Part shown: positions 30,693 through 40,403 of the stretch, piece by piece | Layout of the letters: every line of letters begins with the position of its first letter | How positions within the stretch are numbered: the first letter of the stretch is position 1 | DNA from: Candidatus Hydrogenedentota bacterium | Lineage (GTDB): Bacteria; Hydrogenedentota; Hydrogenedentia; Hydrogenedentales; GCA-2746185 | Length of the DNA stretch: 47,442 nucleotides | Direction: 5' to 3' | NCBI GenBank assembly: GCA_046583315.1 | Contig: JAYGCN010000313.1 | Location: forward strand, 1-47,442 | Made by a program: the position numbers and the translations under genes | Notes under the pieces: generated by a model | Database searches by the model: none | Told to the model about the DNA's origin: nothing | The model's input: the letters and a program-made list of their open reading frames with translations, nothing else

Positions 30693-31092
30693 GAGTTTCA
30701 TACGAATAGGCAGGCTGCTCGGTCACACGATTAAGCGTCGGCATTTCGTTTTGTTTATAGATGTTTGTGGCATATTGAAGGAGTCCGATGCGGGCTTCCG
30801 GCAAGCGTTACAACGGCCGTGAAATGGAACTCACGCCTCTCCGAGGCGATACGCTATACCCAGTGGATATTGGACGAAATGTGGAGTTTGAATAGCAATA
30901 CACGATGAGATAAGAGCGGAAACCCGTTAAATAGAGTCGTTTATTGTCGAGTTCTACCTTTGAGTCACATTGGGGAGCACTCCCGAACAGGGGGTTTGAT
31001 TTCTGTACGTGTCGTCGCGATCCCTGCCTTTCCCCGCACCTCGGTATCTCCATAACCCACGAGTCCTAAGTGGTTTCACGGGAGATAGATAC

Positions 31093-32664
31093 ATGGGAAA
31101 CATGACGACTGAAGGGATGCTTCTCTTTGGCGGTGGTGGAATATTGGTAGGCGCCATCCTGGTCTTTATCATAAACCAAATAAGTGCAAAGAGTACCTTG
31201 AGCAGCGCGCGCAAAGAGTCGGCCCAGCTGCTGTCCAACGCCGAGCGTGAAGCCGCAACGGTCAAGAAGGAATCCCGTACCGAACTCAAAGAGCAGGAAA
31301 ACGACCTGCGCGAGCGTATGGAGAAAGATTCTAAACGCCAGCGTGAGGAAATCCAACACCTTGAGAGTCGTGTCGTCAACAAGGAGGAAACGCTGGACAA
31401 GCGCGCGGCCTCCCTCGACCAAAAAATTGATTCGCTGAATTCACGCGAAAAAGACCTTGATCGACGTAAAGAGGGGCTGGATACCGAAAAAGGCAAGATT
31501 CAGGACACGATTAACGAGCAAATTCTCGTGTTGGAACGAATCTCTGGAATGACCATCGATGCGGCGAAGAAGATGATCATTGAAAAATTGGAAAACGAAG
31601 TACGTCGTGAAACGGCGTTGCGTCTCAAGAAACTTGAAGATGAAATGGTCAATGAATCGGAGAAAAAGGCCAACAAGGTGCTTGCCGATGCGATTCAGCG
31701 ATGCGCCTCCGACCATATTGCAGAGCATTCCGTGTCCGTGGTGGCGTTGCCCAGCGAAGAGATGAAGGGTCGCATTATTGGGCGCGAAGGGCGCAATATT
31801 CGTGCACTTGAAACGGCGACCGGCATCAATCTTATTGTGGACGATACGCCTGAAGCGGTGGTATTGTCCGGTTTTGACCCGATTCGTCGCGAAATCGCAA
31901 AAATCACCCTCGAACGCCTGATTGGCGATGGTCGAATTCACCCGGCGCGCGTCGAAGAGCTCGTCGAAAAAGTCACCGAGGAAATGGAGCAGCGTGTCAA
32001 GGAATTAGGCGAAGAAGCCTGCCTGGAATGCGATGTTCACGGGTTACATCCCGAGATTGTTCGCCTCATGGGGCGCTTGCATTACCGCACCTCGTATGGC
32101 CAGAACGTGCTGCGCCATTCGCAGGAAGTCTGTTACCTGACAGGGCTTATGGCTGCTGAAATAGGGGAGGATGTGCAGGCGGCCAAGCGTGCCGGACTCA
32201 TCCACGATATGGGGAAAGCCCTGACCCACGAGGTCGATGGTTCCCACGCCCTGCTGGCTTATGATATCTGTAAGAAACACGGCGAATCCGAGCTGGTGGC
32301 CAATGCCGTTGGGTCACACCACAACGAAATCCCGCAGGATTCGGTGATTGCCGTGCTGGTTCAGGCCGCGGATGCCTTGTCTGCCGCGCGACCCGGTGCT
32401 CGCCGTGAAATGGTGGATACGTACATCAAACGCCTCAAACAACTCGAGGAAATCGCCGACGAATTTGACGGCGTTGAGAAGTCTTTCGCCATTCAAGCCG
32501 GCCGCGAAGTTCGTATCGTTGTGCGGCCCAATGAAGTGGATGACGTGATGTCCCAGCAATTGGCCCGCGATATCGCGCGCAAAATTGAGACGGACGTGAC
32601 GTATCCGGGTCAAATAAAAGTTACCGTAGTGCGTGAAACGCGTGCCTCGGACGTGGCAAAATAG
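31093..32664 (+). CDS. rny: Ribonuclease Y
   Basis: N-terminal TM, coiled coil, KH domain (KGRIIGREGRNIR), HD domain (RTSYGQNVLRHS, LIHDMGK), ADALSAARPGAR, YPGQIKVTV. Start at ATG 31093 behind GGGAGA. Confidence 0.97.
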   Translation: MGNMTTEGMLLFGGGGILVGAILVFIINQISAKSTLSSARKESAQLLSNAEREAATVKKESRTELKEQENDLRERMEKDSKRQREEIQHLESRVVNKEETLDKRAASLDQKIDSLNSREKDLDRRKEGLDTEKGKIQDTINEQILVLERISGMTIDAAKKMIIEKLENEVRRETALRLKKLEDEMVNESEKKANKVLADAIQRCASDHIAEHSVSVVALPSEEMKGRIIGREGRNIRALETATGINLIVDDTPEAVVLSGFDPIRREIAKITLERLIGDGRIHPARVEELVEKVTEEMEQRVKELGEEACLECDVHGLHPEIVRLMGRLHYRTSYGQNVLRHSQEVCYLTGLMAAEIGEDVQAAKRAGLIHDMGKALTHEVDGSHALLAYDICKKHGESELVANAVGSHHNEIPQDSVIAVLVQAADALSAARPGARREMVDTYIKRLKQLEEIADEFDGVEKSFAIQAGREVRIVVRPNEVDDVMSQQLARDIARKIETDVTYPGQIKVTVVRETRASDVAK

Positions 32665-32680
32665 GGTTCGTTATCCATCG

Positions 32681-32708
32681 GGACATTCCGGGCTGTGCCA
32701 GGATGTCC
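32681..32708 (+). other. Intercistronic stem-loop between rny and ymdB
   Basis: GGACATTC..GGC-TGT-GCC..GGATGTCC, with no U-tract. Confidence 0.5.
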
Positions 32709-32733
32709 AAATGCTGTGAAGTTGGGGGGATCG

Positions 32734-33519
32734 ATGAAGCTGCTGTTCATCGGAGACATATTCGGCCGACCGGGCCGTCGGTGCATTGAGCACTTCTTGC
32801 CAGAAATCCGCGAAGAATTTTCTATTGACATTATTGTCGCTAACGCTGAAAATGCGGCTGGAGGCTTGGGTGCGACTCCTGAGATTCTGGATGAGTTGCT
32901 GGGTTATGGTGTGCATGGCTTCACCTTTGGAAACCATACCTGGCGCAAACGGGCACTCGTCAAAGGGATAGACAAGTTCGACTGCGTTGCGCGGCCGGCG
33001 AATTATCATGAGGGTGCTCCCGGGCAAGGGGCTGTGGTGCTGCCGTTGCCCGATGGCCGATCATTAGGGGTCATTAACGTCATCGGGCGTGTGTTCATGG
33101 AAGCCTTTGACTGCCCATTTGAGGTTGCGGATCGCGAAGTTGAATACATGCGGGAGACCACCGATTTTGTGTTGGTGGATATGCATGCTGAGGCCACGTC
33201 GGAAAAAGTGGCCATGGGCTGGTACCTGGACGGGAAATGCTCGGCCGTGGTTGGGACCCATACGCATATTCAGACGGCGGATGAACACGTGTTGCCCAAA
33301 GGTACGGCGTATATCACGGATGTCGGTATGACGGGTCCGCAGGATTCGGTGATCGGTGTACGTAAAGAGATCGTCGTACAGAAATTTCTGGACGGTATGC
33401 CATCGACATTTGAAGTGAGCGATGATCGTCCGGGCATTCGGGCGGTAGTGATTGAAATGGATGACGCGACAGGGAAGGCACTGTCGATTCGCCGTGTCGC
33501 GCGTGACATGGCTTTGTAA
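32734..33519 (+). CDS. ymdB: TIGR00282/YmdB metallophosphoesterase
   Basis: LFIGDIFG, NAENAAGG, GNHTW, DMHAEATSEK, GTHTH, TDVGMTGP; follows rny. Confidence 0.93.
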   Translation: MKLLFIGDIFGRPGRRCIEHFLPEIREEFSIDIIVANAENAAGGLGATPEILDELLGYGVHGFTFGNHTWRKRALVKGIDKFDCVARPANYHEGAPGQGAVVLPLPDGRSLGVINVIGRVFMEAFDCPFEVADREVEYMRETTDFVLVDMHAEATSEKVAMGWYLDGKCSAVVGTHTHIQTADEHVLPKGTAYITDVGMTGPQDSVIGVRKEIVVQKFLDGMPSTFEVSDDRPGIRAVVIEMDDATGKALSIRRVARDMAL

Positions 33520-33573
33520 AGTGTACACTAGAAACATCTGGCTGCAATACGAACAAGAGGTACGCGGGGGACT

Positions 33574-36500
33574 ATGCACTTTAAGCAGATAGAAATCACG
33601 GGATTCAAATCCTTTGCCGATCCGACGACGATCGAATTGGATTCGGGGATCACTTCGGTTGTGGGCCCAAACGGTTGTGGGAAGAGTAACATTCTCGACG
33701 CGATGCGTTGGGCATTGGGCGAACAAAAAGCCAAGGCCTTACGCGGTGCACATATGCAGGATGTCATCTTTAACGGTAGCGAAGAACGTGCGCCGATGAG
33801 CATGGCGGAAGTGACGCTGACCTTTGACAATGCCGACGGCACATTACCCATCGACTTCACCGAAGTACAGATTACACGTCGTATCTATCGTTCAGGCGAG
33901 AGCGAATATCTCATCAACAAGGCCCAATGCCGCATGCGCGACATCCAGGAATTGTTCATGGATACCGGTATCGGCACGAACGCCTACTCCATGATCGGCC
34001 AAGGCAAAATCGGCATGGTGCTCAGTTCCAAGCCAGAGGATCGCCGTTATCTTTTCGAGGAAGCCGCGGGAATCATCAAGTATAAGGCCCGTAAACGCGT
34101 GGCGCTACGTAAACTGGATCAGGCTGAACAGAATTTATTGCGGCTGGGCGACATCATCCACGAGCTCGAGCGTCAGATGAAATCGCTCAAGCGGCAGGTG
34201 AATGCGGCGATTCGGCATCGGGAATTGACCGACGAGTTGAAGGAATTCGAAATTCGCGCGTCGTGGTTGAAGCAATCCTATTTGATGGAACAGATCACGG
34301 AGCTTCGCACAAAATTTGACGAAGCACAGAAGAAATTCGACGTAGGCAGCACTGAGATGAGCACCCTCGAAGCGAAACACGAGGAAGTGAGTCTTGGTAA
34401 GCTGGAGATCGATCGCGTGTTGCATGCGCGTCGCGAGGGCGTCCACGAAATCGATGTCGAAATGGAAAAGCTCGAGCGCCAAATAGCCCTCATCAAACAA
34501 CAGATCGAATTTTCCATTGAACAACACGAGAAAGCCCTTGCCGACAAAGAATCTTTCGCAACGCAGGCGCAATCGTTGTTGACCGAGTTCACCGAGACGT
34601 CAGAGAAGACGGGATCGCTGAAAGAGGAACACCAGAAATTTTCCCTGAGCCTTGAATCGAAACAAGATGAGCAGGCAGCCGCCATCGAAGAGGTCACGCA
34701 GGCCGACACACAGCTCGAAGCCGTGCGTGCGCGTTCGGTGGAATCGATGGGCAAACGCGCCGAGAACCAGACCGCGATCGAAACACTCAGCGTGAATATA
34801 TCGAACATCGAAGAACAACTGCAGGCCTTGTACACGCGCCAGGAAGCCGACAACCAGCGCAACGAAGAGCTCGTGCAAGACATCGAATCGAAGGAACATT
34901 CCGAAACCGAACAGAAGGCCGCGCTTGGCAATCTTGAAGATGAAAATCGAACGGCCAAACAGATCCAGGCTGACCTTACGCAACAAATCGCCACGGTCAA
35001 CACCGAGTGGCAGGCCTTGCGCGAGACCAAGAGTAGCTCCGAAGCGCGTCTGAAATCTTTCCGTGAACTGCGCGATTCCTACGAGGGCTTTGCTCAGGGC
35101 GTGAAGGCCATCATGAAGGCCAAGAACCATGCGAATCCGCAGGTTCAGGGCGTGTTGGGACCCATCGGCGATCTTATCTCCACCAGTGCCGACTACGAAC
35201 GCGCTGTGGAAGCTGTGCTCGGCGGCAACATCAACAACATCGCTATCGACCAGGCGGAACAGGCAAAAGGCGCCATCAATTATCTGAAAGAAACCAAGGC
35301 AGGACGCGTGACGTTTCTGCCGCTCGACACGATTCGCCCGGGATCGCGCGACAATATTGGCTACGTAACTGGGAAACCCGGCGTAGTGGGTCCGGCGTTG
35401 GAGGTGGTCGAATTTGAAGAACGCCTTCGACCAATCATGGAGTATATCTTCCACAACACGGTTATTGTTGAGACCATTGATGTTGCGATTCATCTGTCTC
35501 GAGGCAGTGAACCCATCCCGCGCATGGTTACCAAAGACGGGGAAGTTGTTTCGGCATCCGGCGCGGTTACCGGTGGCCGGACGAAACATGATAGTCGTGG
35601 ACTGATTGGCCGTAGCGCGGAGATTGAAGAACTTGAGGCGCAGGTGTTGAAGCTGGATGAGCAGATACGGTCAGTCACGCAGAAAGGCGCGGCCTTGGGT
35701 GAATCCCTCGAAACGGTCAACACGCGGGTGACCACGCTCAGTGAACAAGAAGAACAGCAGCGGCATGCCTTGTCGAACATTGCCATGGAAATTACCCAGG
35801 CATCGACCGAAATTGAAAATCTTACTGAGGCCTTGAAGACGATTACCGTCGAGCGCGACGAACTGTATGCCCGCCGCGACGCATTTGAGGAACAACGTCG
35901 CGCGAATCAGGATGCAGCGACCTCAATGGAAACGGAAGACGAAGCGTTGCAGCGTGAGATTGCGGACGCTCAGGAGAATGCGTCGAAGATTCGTCAGGCC
36001 CAGTCCGAACTGTCCGCAGAACTGTCCGATCTGCGCGTGGTCATGGCCAACATCACCAAGTCCATCGAAGAAAACGAGCGCGAGACACAGCGACTCGAAC
36101 GCGAGCGCGAACAGGCACTTTCCGCGTTGCAGGACCGGGAAGTGGCCATCAAACAGTTCAAGGAGAATCAGGTCACGCTTGAGAACGACATCAAAGACAA
36201 TGTCGAACACGTCAAAGCGATGACCGAATCCAAAGAAGAGGCTCGCAAGAAGGTGAACGAGGCTGAGAATCAACGGCAGGCCCTGTTGGATGAGTCGGAC
36301 GAGTTAGAGAAAAAACTCAAAGTCATTCGCGATCTGGTGCGCGAGACGCAAGGCGCGGTACACAAGTTTGAAATCGACCTGCGTCACGATGAAGACCAGT
36401 TGATCTTCTTCCAGGAACGCATTCTGGAGGAGTACCACATCGCGCTGGGTTCGCTCACGGCTGAGGAAGTCGGTACGGATGAATTATCCGAAGAGGAGCG

Positions 36501-37173
36501 CGACGCACTGGTTCAGGATACGCGCACGAAACTCGAACGCCTTGGCAATGTGAACTTGATGGCGATTGAAGAGTACGACGCACTCACCGAACGCTTCGAA
36601 TTTCTTGTGTCTCAGGATCAGGATCTTACGAAAGCAAAAGACGCGCTGCTTCACGTTGTGGCGCGCATTGACGAGACCATCAAAGACATGTTCCTGGTCA
36701 CCTTTAACGCCGTGGCCGAGAATTTCCGCAGTTATTTCCGTCGACTCTTCAATGGCGGTCAGGCGCGTATCTACCTTGTCGACGAAGAAGATCCGCTGGA
36801 ATGCGGCATCGAGATCGAAGCGAAACCGCCGGGCAAGAAGCCGCAATCCATCGCATTGCTGTCGGGTGGGGAGCAGGCCATGACAGCGATTGCGTTGCTG
36901 TTCAGTATCTTCAAGGCCAAACCGAGCCCCTTCTGCGTGTTGGACGAAGTGGATGCGCCGCTGGATGACGCGAACATCGGTCGTTTCATCGAGATGGTTG
37001 AAGAATTTTCTGTAGAAACACAGTTTGTCGTTATCACCCACAATAAGCAGACCATGGCCAAAGCAAGCGCACTGTATGGTGTCACCCAGCTGGAACGGGG
37101 CGTTTCGCAAATTGTTTCGGTCAAGTTCGAAGGCCACGATACCAAAAACAAATCGAAAACGTCTGCGGCTTAG
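33574..37173 (+). CDS. smc: Chromosome segregation protein SMC
   Basis: GFKSF, GPNGCGKSN, FEEAAG, hinge (GRVTFLPL, GAVTGG), LSGGE, LDEVDAPLD, ITH; 1199 aa. Confidence 0.98.
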   Translation: MHFKQIEITGFKSFADPTTIELDSGITSVVGPNGCGKSNILDAMRWALGEQKAKALRGAHMQDVIFNGSEERAPMSMAEVTLTFDNADGTLPIDFTEVQITRRIYRSGESEYLINKAQCRMRDIQELFMDTGIGTNAYSMIGQGKIGMVLSSKPEDRRYLFEEAAGIIKYKARKRVALRKLDQAEQNLLRLGDIIHELERQMKSLKRQVNAAIRHRELTDELKEFEIRASWLKQSYLMEQITELRTKFDEAQKKFDVGSTEMSTLEAKHEEVSLGKLEIDRVLHARREGVHEIDVEMEKLERQIALIKQQIEFSIEQHEKALADKESFATQAQSLLTEFTETSEKTGSLKEEHQKFSLSLESKQDEQAAAIEEVTQADTQLEAVRARSVESMGKRAENQTAIETLSVNISNIEEQLQALYTRQEADNQRNEELVQDIESKEHSETEQKAALGNLEDENRTAKQIQADLTQQIATVNTEWQALRETKSSSEARLKSFRELRDSYEGFAQGVKAIMKAKNHANPQVQGVLGPIGDLISTSADYERAVEAVLGGNINNIAIDQAEQAKGAINYLKETKAGRVTFLPLDTIRPGSRDNIGYVTGKPGVVGPALEVVEFEERLRPIMEYIFHNTVIVETIDVAIHLSRGSEPIPRMVTKDGEVVSASGAVTGGRTKHDSRGLIGRSAEIEELEAQVLKLDEQIRSVTQKGAALGESLETVNTRVTTLSEQEEQQRHALSNIAMEITQASTEIENLTEALKTITVERDELYARRDAFEEQRRANQDAATSMETEDEALQREIADAQENASKIRQAQSELSAELSDLRVVMANITKSIEENERETQRLEREREQALSALQDREVAIKQFKENQVTLENDIKDNVEHVKAMTESKEEARKKVNEAENQRQALLDESDELEKKLKVIRDLVRETQGAVHKFEIDLRHDEDQLIFFQERILEEYHIALGSLTAEEVGTDELSEEERDALVQDTRTKLERLGNVNLMAIEEYDALTERFEFLVSQDQDLTKAKDALLHVVARIDETIKDMFLVTFNAVAENFRSYFRRLFNGGQARIYLVDEEDPLECGIEIEAKPPGKKPQSIALLSGGEQAMTAIALLFSIFKAKPSPFCVLDEVDAPLDDANIGRFIEMVEEFSVETQFVVITHNKQTMAKASALYGVTQLERGVSQIVSVKFEGHDTKNKSKTSAA

Positions 37174-37218
37174 GTTTCTTGATCGGGCGAACAGTTTGTC
37201 GCTAAGGTGGTTGCGCTT

Positions 37219-39324
37219 ATGCGACCGCTTATTATTTCCATATTCATTCTCTGCGCGTCGGTTTTCGCTCAGGATCGCAATCCCAACGATTGGCCCGTAT
37301 ATCTGGGCGACAAGGCGAGCAATCAATACTCTCCGTTGACGCAGATCGATTTGTCGAATGTTCAGAGTCTTGAAAAAGTTTGGGAATATCGATCCGAAGA
37401 CGGGAAACAGCTTGGGCAAATCCAGTGCAATCCGCTAATCATTGATGGAATTCTGTACGGCGCGTCACCCAGACTCAAGGCCTTCGCGCTGGATGCGGCA
37501 ACAGGCGAAGAACGATGGAAATTCGATCCGATGAAAGGCCGTTCCGGTTCCGGTGTCGTTCGTGGACTCATGTACTGGGCCGACGGGAGCGACAAACGCA
37601 TCCTCTATTCGGCTCAACACTATCTCTATGCCTTGGATGCAGAAACCGGCAAACCCATCGAATCTTTCGGCGATGGCGGACGGGTTGATCTGAAAGACGG
37701 TCTCGGTCGTGACGTGTCTAGCCTCCATGTCGGGTCCAACACACCGGGCGTGGTCTACGAAGATCTGGTCATTATGGGTACGCGCGTCAACGAAGCCCAC
37801 CCTGCCGCACCGGGCCATGTGCGCGCCTACAATATCCGCAGCGGTGAGCAGGTGTGGATATTTCATACCGTGCCGCAACCGGGTGAATTGGGTCAGGATA
37901 CGTGGCCGGAGGGGGCCTGGGAAAACTTCGGCGGCGCGAATTCGTGGGCAGGGTTGAGCGTGGATGTCGAGCGCGGCATGGTTTTCGTGCCGACGGGTTC
38001 CGCCGCCTTTGATTTTTACGGTGCCGACCGTACTGGGGACAATCTTTTCGCGAATTGCCTGATTGCGTTGGACGCGAAAACGGGCGAGCGCATCTGGCAT
38101 TATCAGTTTGTGCATCACGATCTCTGGGATCGCGATTTGCCTGCGCCGCCGAACCTGCTGACCGTCACGCACGACGGAAAAAGGATCGATGCCGTAGCGC
38201 AGATCACGAAATCGGCGCATGTGTTTCTGTTCAATCGCGAGACGGGTGAGTCCTTGTTTCCTATCAAAGAAATCGATGTGCCTGCTTCCGATTTGCCGGG
38301 TGAGATCGCTTCGAAAACACAGCCGGTTCCGATAAAACCGCCCGTGTTTACGCGCGAGTCGTTCACCCTTGAGAACGTGACTAACATATCGCCTGAATCC
38401 CATGAATTCGTAGCCGATAGATTGAAACGATACAAAACGGGTCGCCAATTCATTCCACCCAGTCGCGAAGGCACGGTCATTTTTCCCGGATTCGATGGCG
38501 GTGGTGAATGGGGAGGCGCGGCGGTGGACCCCGAGTCCGGCATTCTCTATGTGAATGGAAGCGATATGCCCTGGGTATTGACGATGGTCGCGCTACAGGG
38601 AGACAAGGAGACCGGGAATATCGCTGCGGGCCGACGAAACTATGCACGACATTGTCTTTATTGTCACGGCGTAGATCGGAAGGGTGATTCTTTGGGCGAA
38701 TACCCTTCTTTACTGGAATTGAAAGAGCGGTCGAACAGGAAACAGGTCACAGACATCATCCAGAAGGGGAGCGAAGGCATGCCGTCCTTCGAACACTTGA
38801 AGGGTGGTCAGCTAGACAATCTCATCGAGTTTTTGATGCAGGATGATGTGCCGGTCGCAGCGAATAAACCGAATGACGAAGGGGAAGCCATCACCCTCGT
38901 CAGCACCGGATATAATCGCTTCGTCGATCAGGACGGCTATCCGGCAATCAGGCCACCCTGGGGTACGTTGAACGCCATCAACCTCAACTCGGGAGAGATT
39001 CTCTGGAAGTCCGTGCTCGGCGAGTATCCCGAATTGACCGCGCGCGGCATTCCCAAAACCGGCACCGAGAATTATGGCGGCCCGGCACTCACCGCGAGCG
39101 GCATCATCTTCATCGCGGCCACCCAGGATCACACGATCAGAGCTTTCGATGCAAAAACCGGGGCCGAGCTGTGGGCGGGCGACCTGCCTGCCGGGGGATA
39201 TGCCACGCCCAGCGTGTATGCGGTGAACGGTCGCCAATACGTGGTCGTTGCAGCCGGTGGCGGCAAGATGGGCACGGAGTCAGGGGATTCCTACGTCGCA
39301 TTTGCTCTTCCTGGATCCCTTTGA
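37219..39324 (+). CDS. PQQ-dependent (glucose/quinate-type) dehydrogenase with an inserted cytochrome c domain
   Basis: Signal peptide, QYSPLTQI, QCNP, GGANSWAG, HHDLWDRD, GGGEWGG, PPWG, YATP; CLYCH...MPSF insert. Confidence 0.88.
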   Translation: MRPLIISIFILCASVFAQDRNPNDWPVYLGDKASNQYSPLTQIDLSNVQSLEKVWEYRSEDGKQLGQIQCNPLIIDGILYGASPRLKAFALDAATGEERWKFDPMKGRSGSGVVRGLMYWADGSDKRILYSAQHYLYALDAETGKPIESFGDGGRVDLKDGLGRDVSSLHVGSNTPGVVYEDLVIMGTRVNEAHPAAPGHVRAYNIRSGEQVWIFHTVPQPGELGQDTWPEGAWENFGGANSWAGLSVDVERGMVFVPTGSAAFDFYGADRTGDNLFANCLIALDAKTGERIWHYQFVHHDLWDRDLPAPPNLLTVTHDGKRIDAVAQITKSAHVFLFNRETGESLFPIKEIDVPASDLPGEIASKTQPVPIKPPVFTRESFTLENVTNISPESHEFVADRLKRYKTGRQFIPPSREGTVIFPGFDGGGEWGGAAVDPESGILYVNGSDMPWVLTMVALQGDKETGNIAAGRRNYARHCLYCHGVDRKGDSLGEYPSLLELKERSNRKQVTDIIQKGSEGMPSFEHLKGGQLDNLIEFLMQDDVPVAANKPNDEGEAITLVSTGYNRFVDQDGYPAIRPPWGTLNAINLNSGEILWKSVLGEYPELTARGIPKTGTENYGGPALTASGIIFIAATQDHTIRAFDAKTGAELWAGDLPAGGYATPSVYAVNGRQYVVVAAGGGKMGTESGDSYVAFALPGSL

Positions 39325-39400
39325 TTCAATGTAAGATTCTGATGGGTTCAGTGGTGTACACTGATGCTACACGACTATTCCCGACGAAAGGAATCTAATC

Positions 39401-40396
39401 ATGCTAAAACGATTTTCGCTTCATTCAACCCGTCTATCCTGCTTTGCTTGTATTCTGCTTGCGGCCATGATGTTTTCGCTTCATGCACAGGGCGACCCCG
39501 TTCCAGGATTCCCCGAACTCGAACGTCGCGCGGTGATCTTCTGGAGCGACGGTACGCGTATGGCAGGAGATGTTACCTACCCTAAAGACACCAAAGAAGG
39601 CGACAAACTTCCCGCGTTGGTCATGTGTCACGGTTGGGGCGGTGAGAAAACACACTTGAACATGGCCATCGGACCACAGTTCGCGCGCGAAGGCTACGTA
39701 GTGTTCACTTTCGATTATCGCGGTTGGGGTAAGAGCGACGGTCGCCTCGTGGTGACGGGTGATATGCCCAAGCCCGATGCGGACGGGATGGTAACCGTGA
39801 AAGCGCAACTAATTCGTGAGTTGGTTGACCCCCTGGATCAGCAGGAAGACATCGATGCGGCGATCACGTTTATCGAAGGCGAGCCGATGGTGGACAGGAA
39901 TCGTATTGGTCTCTGGGGTTCGAGTTTTGGCGGCGGTCACGTGATATATCGGGCAGCAATCGATTCCCGTATCAGTTGCGTGTTGGCGCAAGTGGGGTCA
40001 ATGGACTCCCGAATCGGATTGCTTCCCATGCTGGACAAGGTGAATGCCGATGCCATTAAACGCGTGCGCGGCGAATTGCCTCCCGTACCACTGGGCGGTG
40101 ACAAGCCCGCAGGGTTACGCGGCGATCCCTATTACGATCGATTCGTCAAATTTGTTCCGGCGGATCATGCGCACAAGATCACCTGCCCTGTGCTGCTCCT
40201 GGACGGCGATCTGGAACACTATTTTGACTACAAAGACCACGGTGAACGCGTGTATTCGATTGTCAAAGACAATGTGCCCAGTGAATATCATTTGCTGAAA
40301 GACACGAAACATTACGACGTGTATTCGAAGAGCCTGAAACAGGTGATGTCCTACGAAGTGCCTTTCCTGAACAAGCATCTACGAGACAAGAAATAG
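39401..40396 (+). CDS. Secreted alpha/beta hydrolase
   Basis: CHGWGG, FDYRGWGKSDG, GLWGSSFGG (GxSxG), C-terminal HYDVY. Confidence 0.85.
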   Translation: MLKRFSLHSTRLSCFACILLAAMMFSLHAQGDPVPGFPELERRAVIFWSDGTRMAGDVTYPKDTKEGDKLPALVMCHGWGGEKTHLNMAIGPQFAREGYVVFTFDYRGWGKSDGRLVVTGDMPKPDADGMVTVKAQLIRELVDPLDQQEDIDAAITFIEGEPMVDRNRIGLWGSSFGGGHVIYRAAIDSRISCVLAQVGSMDSRIGLLPMLDKVNADAIKRVRGELPPVPLGGDKPAGLRGDPYYDRFVKFVPADHAHKITCPVLLLDGDLEHYFDYKDHGERVYSIVKDNVPSEYHLLKDTKHYDVYSKSLKQVMSYEVPFLNKHLRDKK

Positions 40397-40403
40397 CCCC
40401 GCA

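Noticed and set aside
30700..31031. tmRNA, RNase P RNA, SRP RNA or cobalamin riboswitch
   Set aside because: No GGGG...CCA acceptor or T-arm, no GAGGAAAGUCC with matching 3' motif, no SRP domain IV, no B12 box.
31073..31088. parS-like GTTTCACGGGAGAT (also CTTTCACGTTGAAAG near 22301)
   Set aside because: Several mismatches to TGTTTCACGTGAAACA; no convincing parS found by eye.
34135..38448. Long minus-strand ORFs (34278..35030, 34600..35589, 36484..37419, 37465..38448)
   Set aside because: Antisense shadows of smc and the PQQ dehydrogenase.
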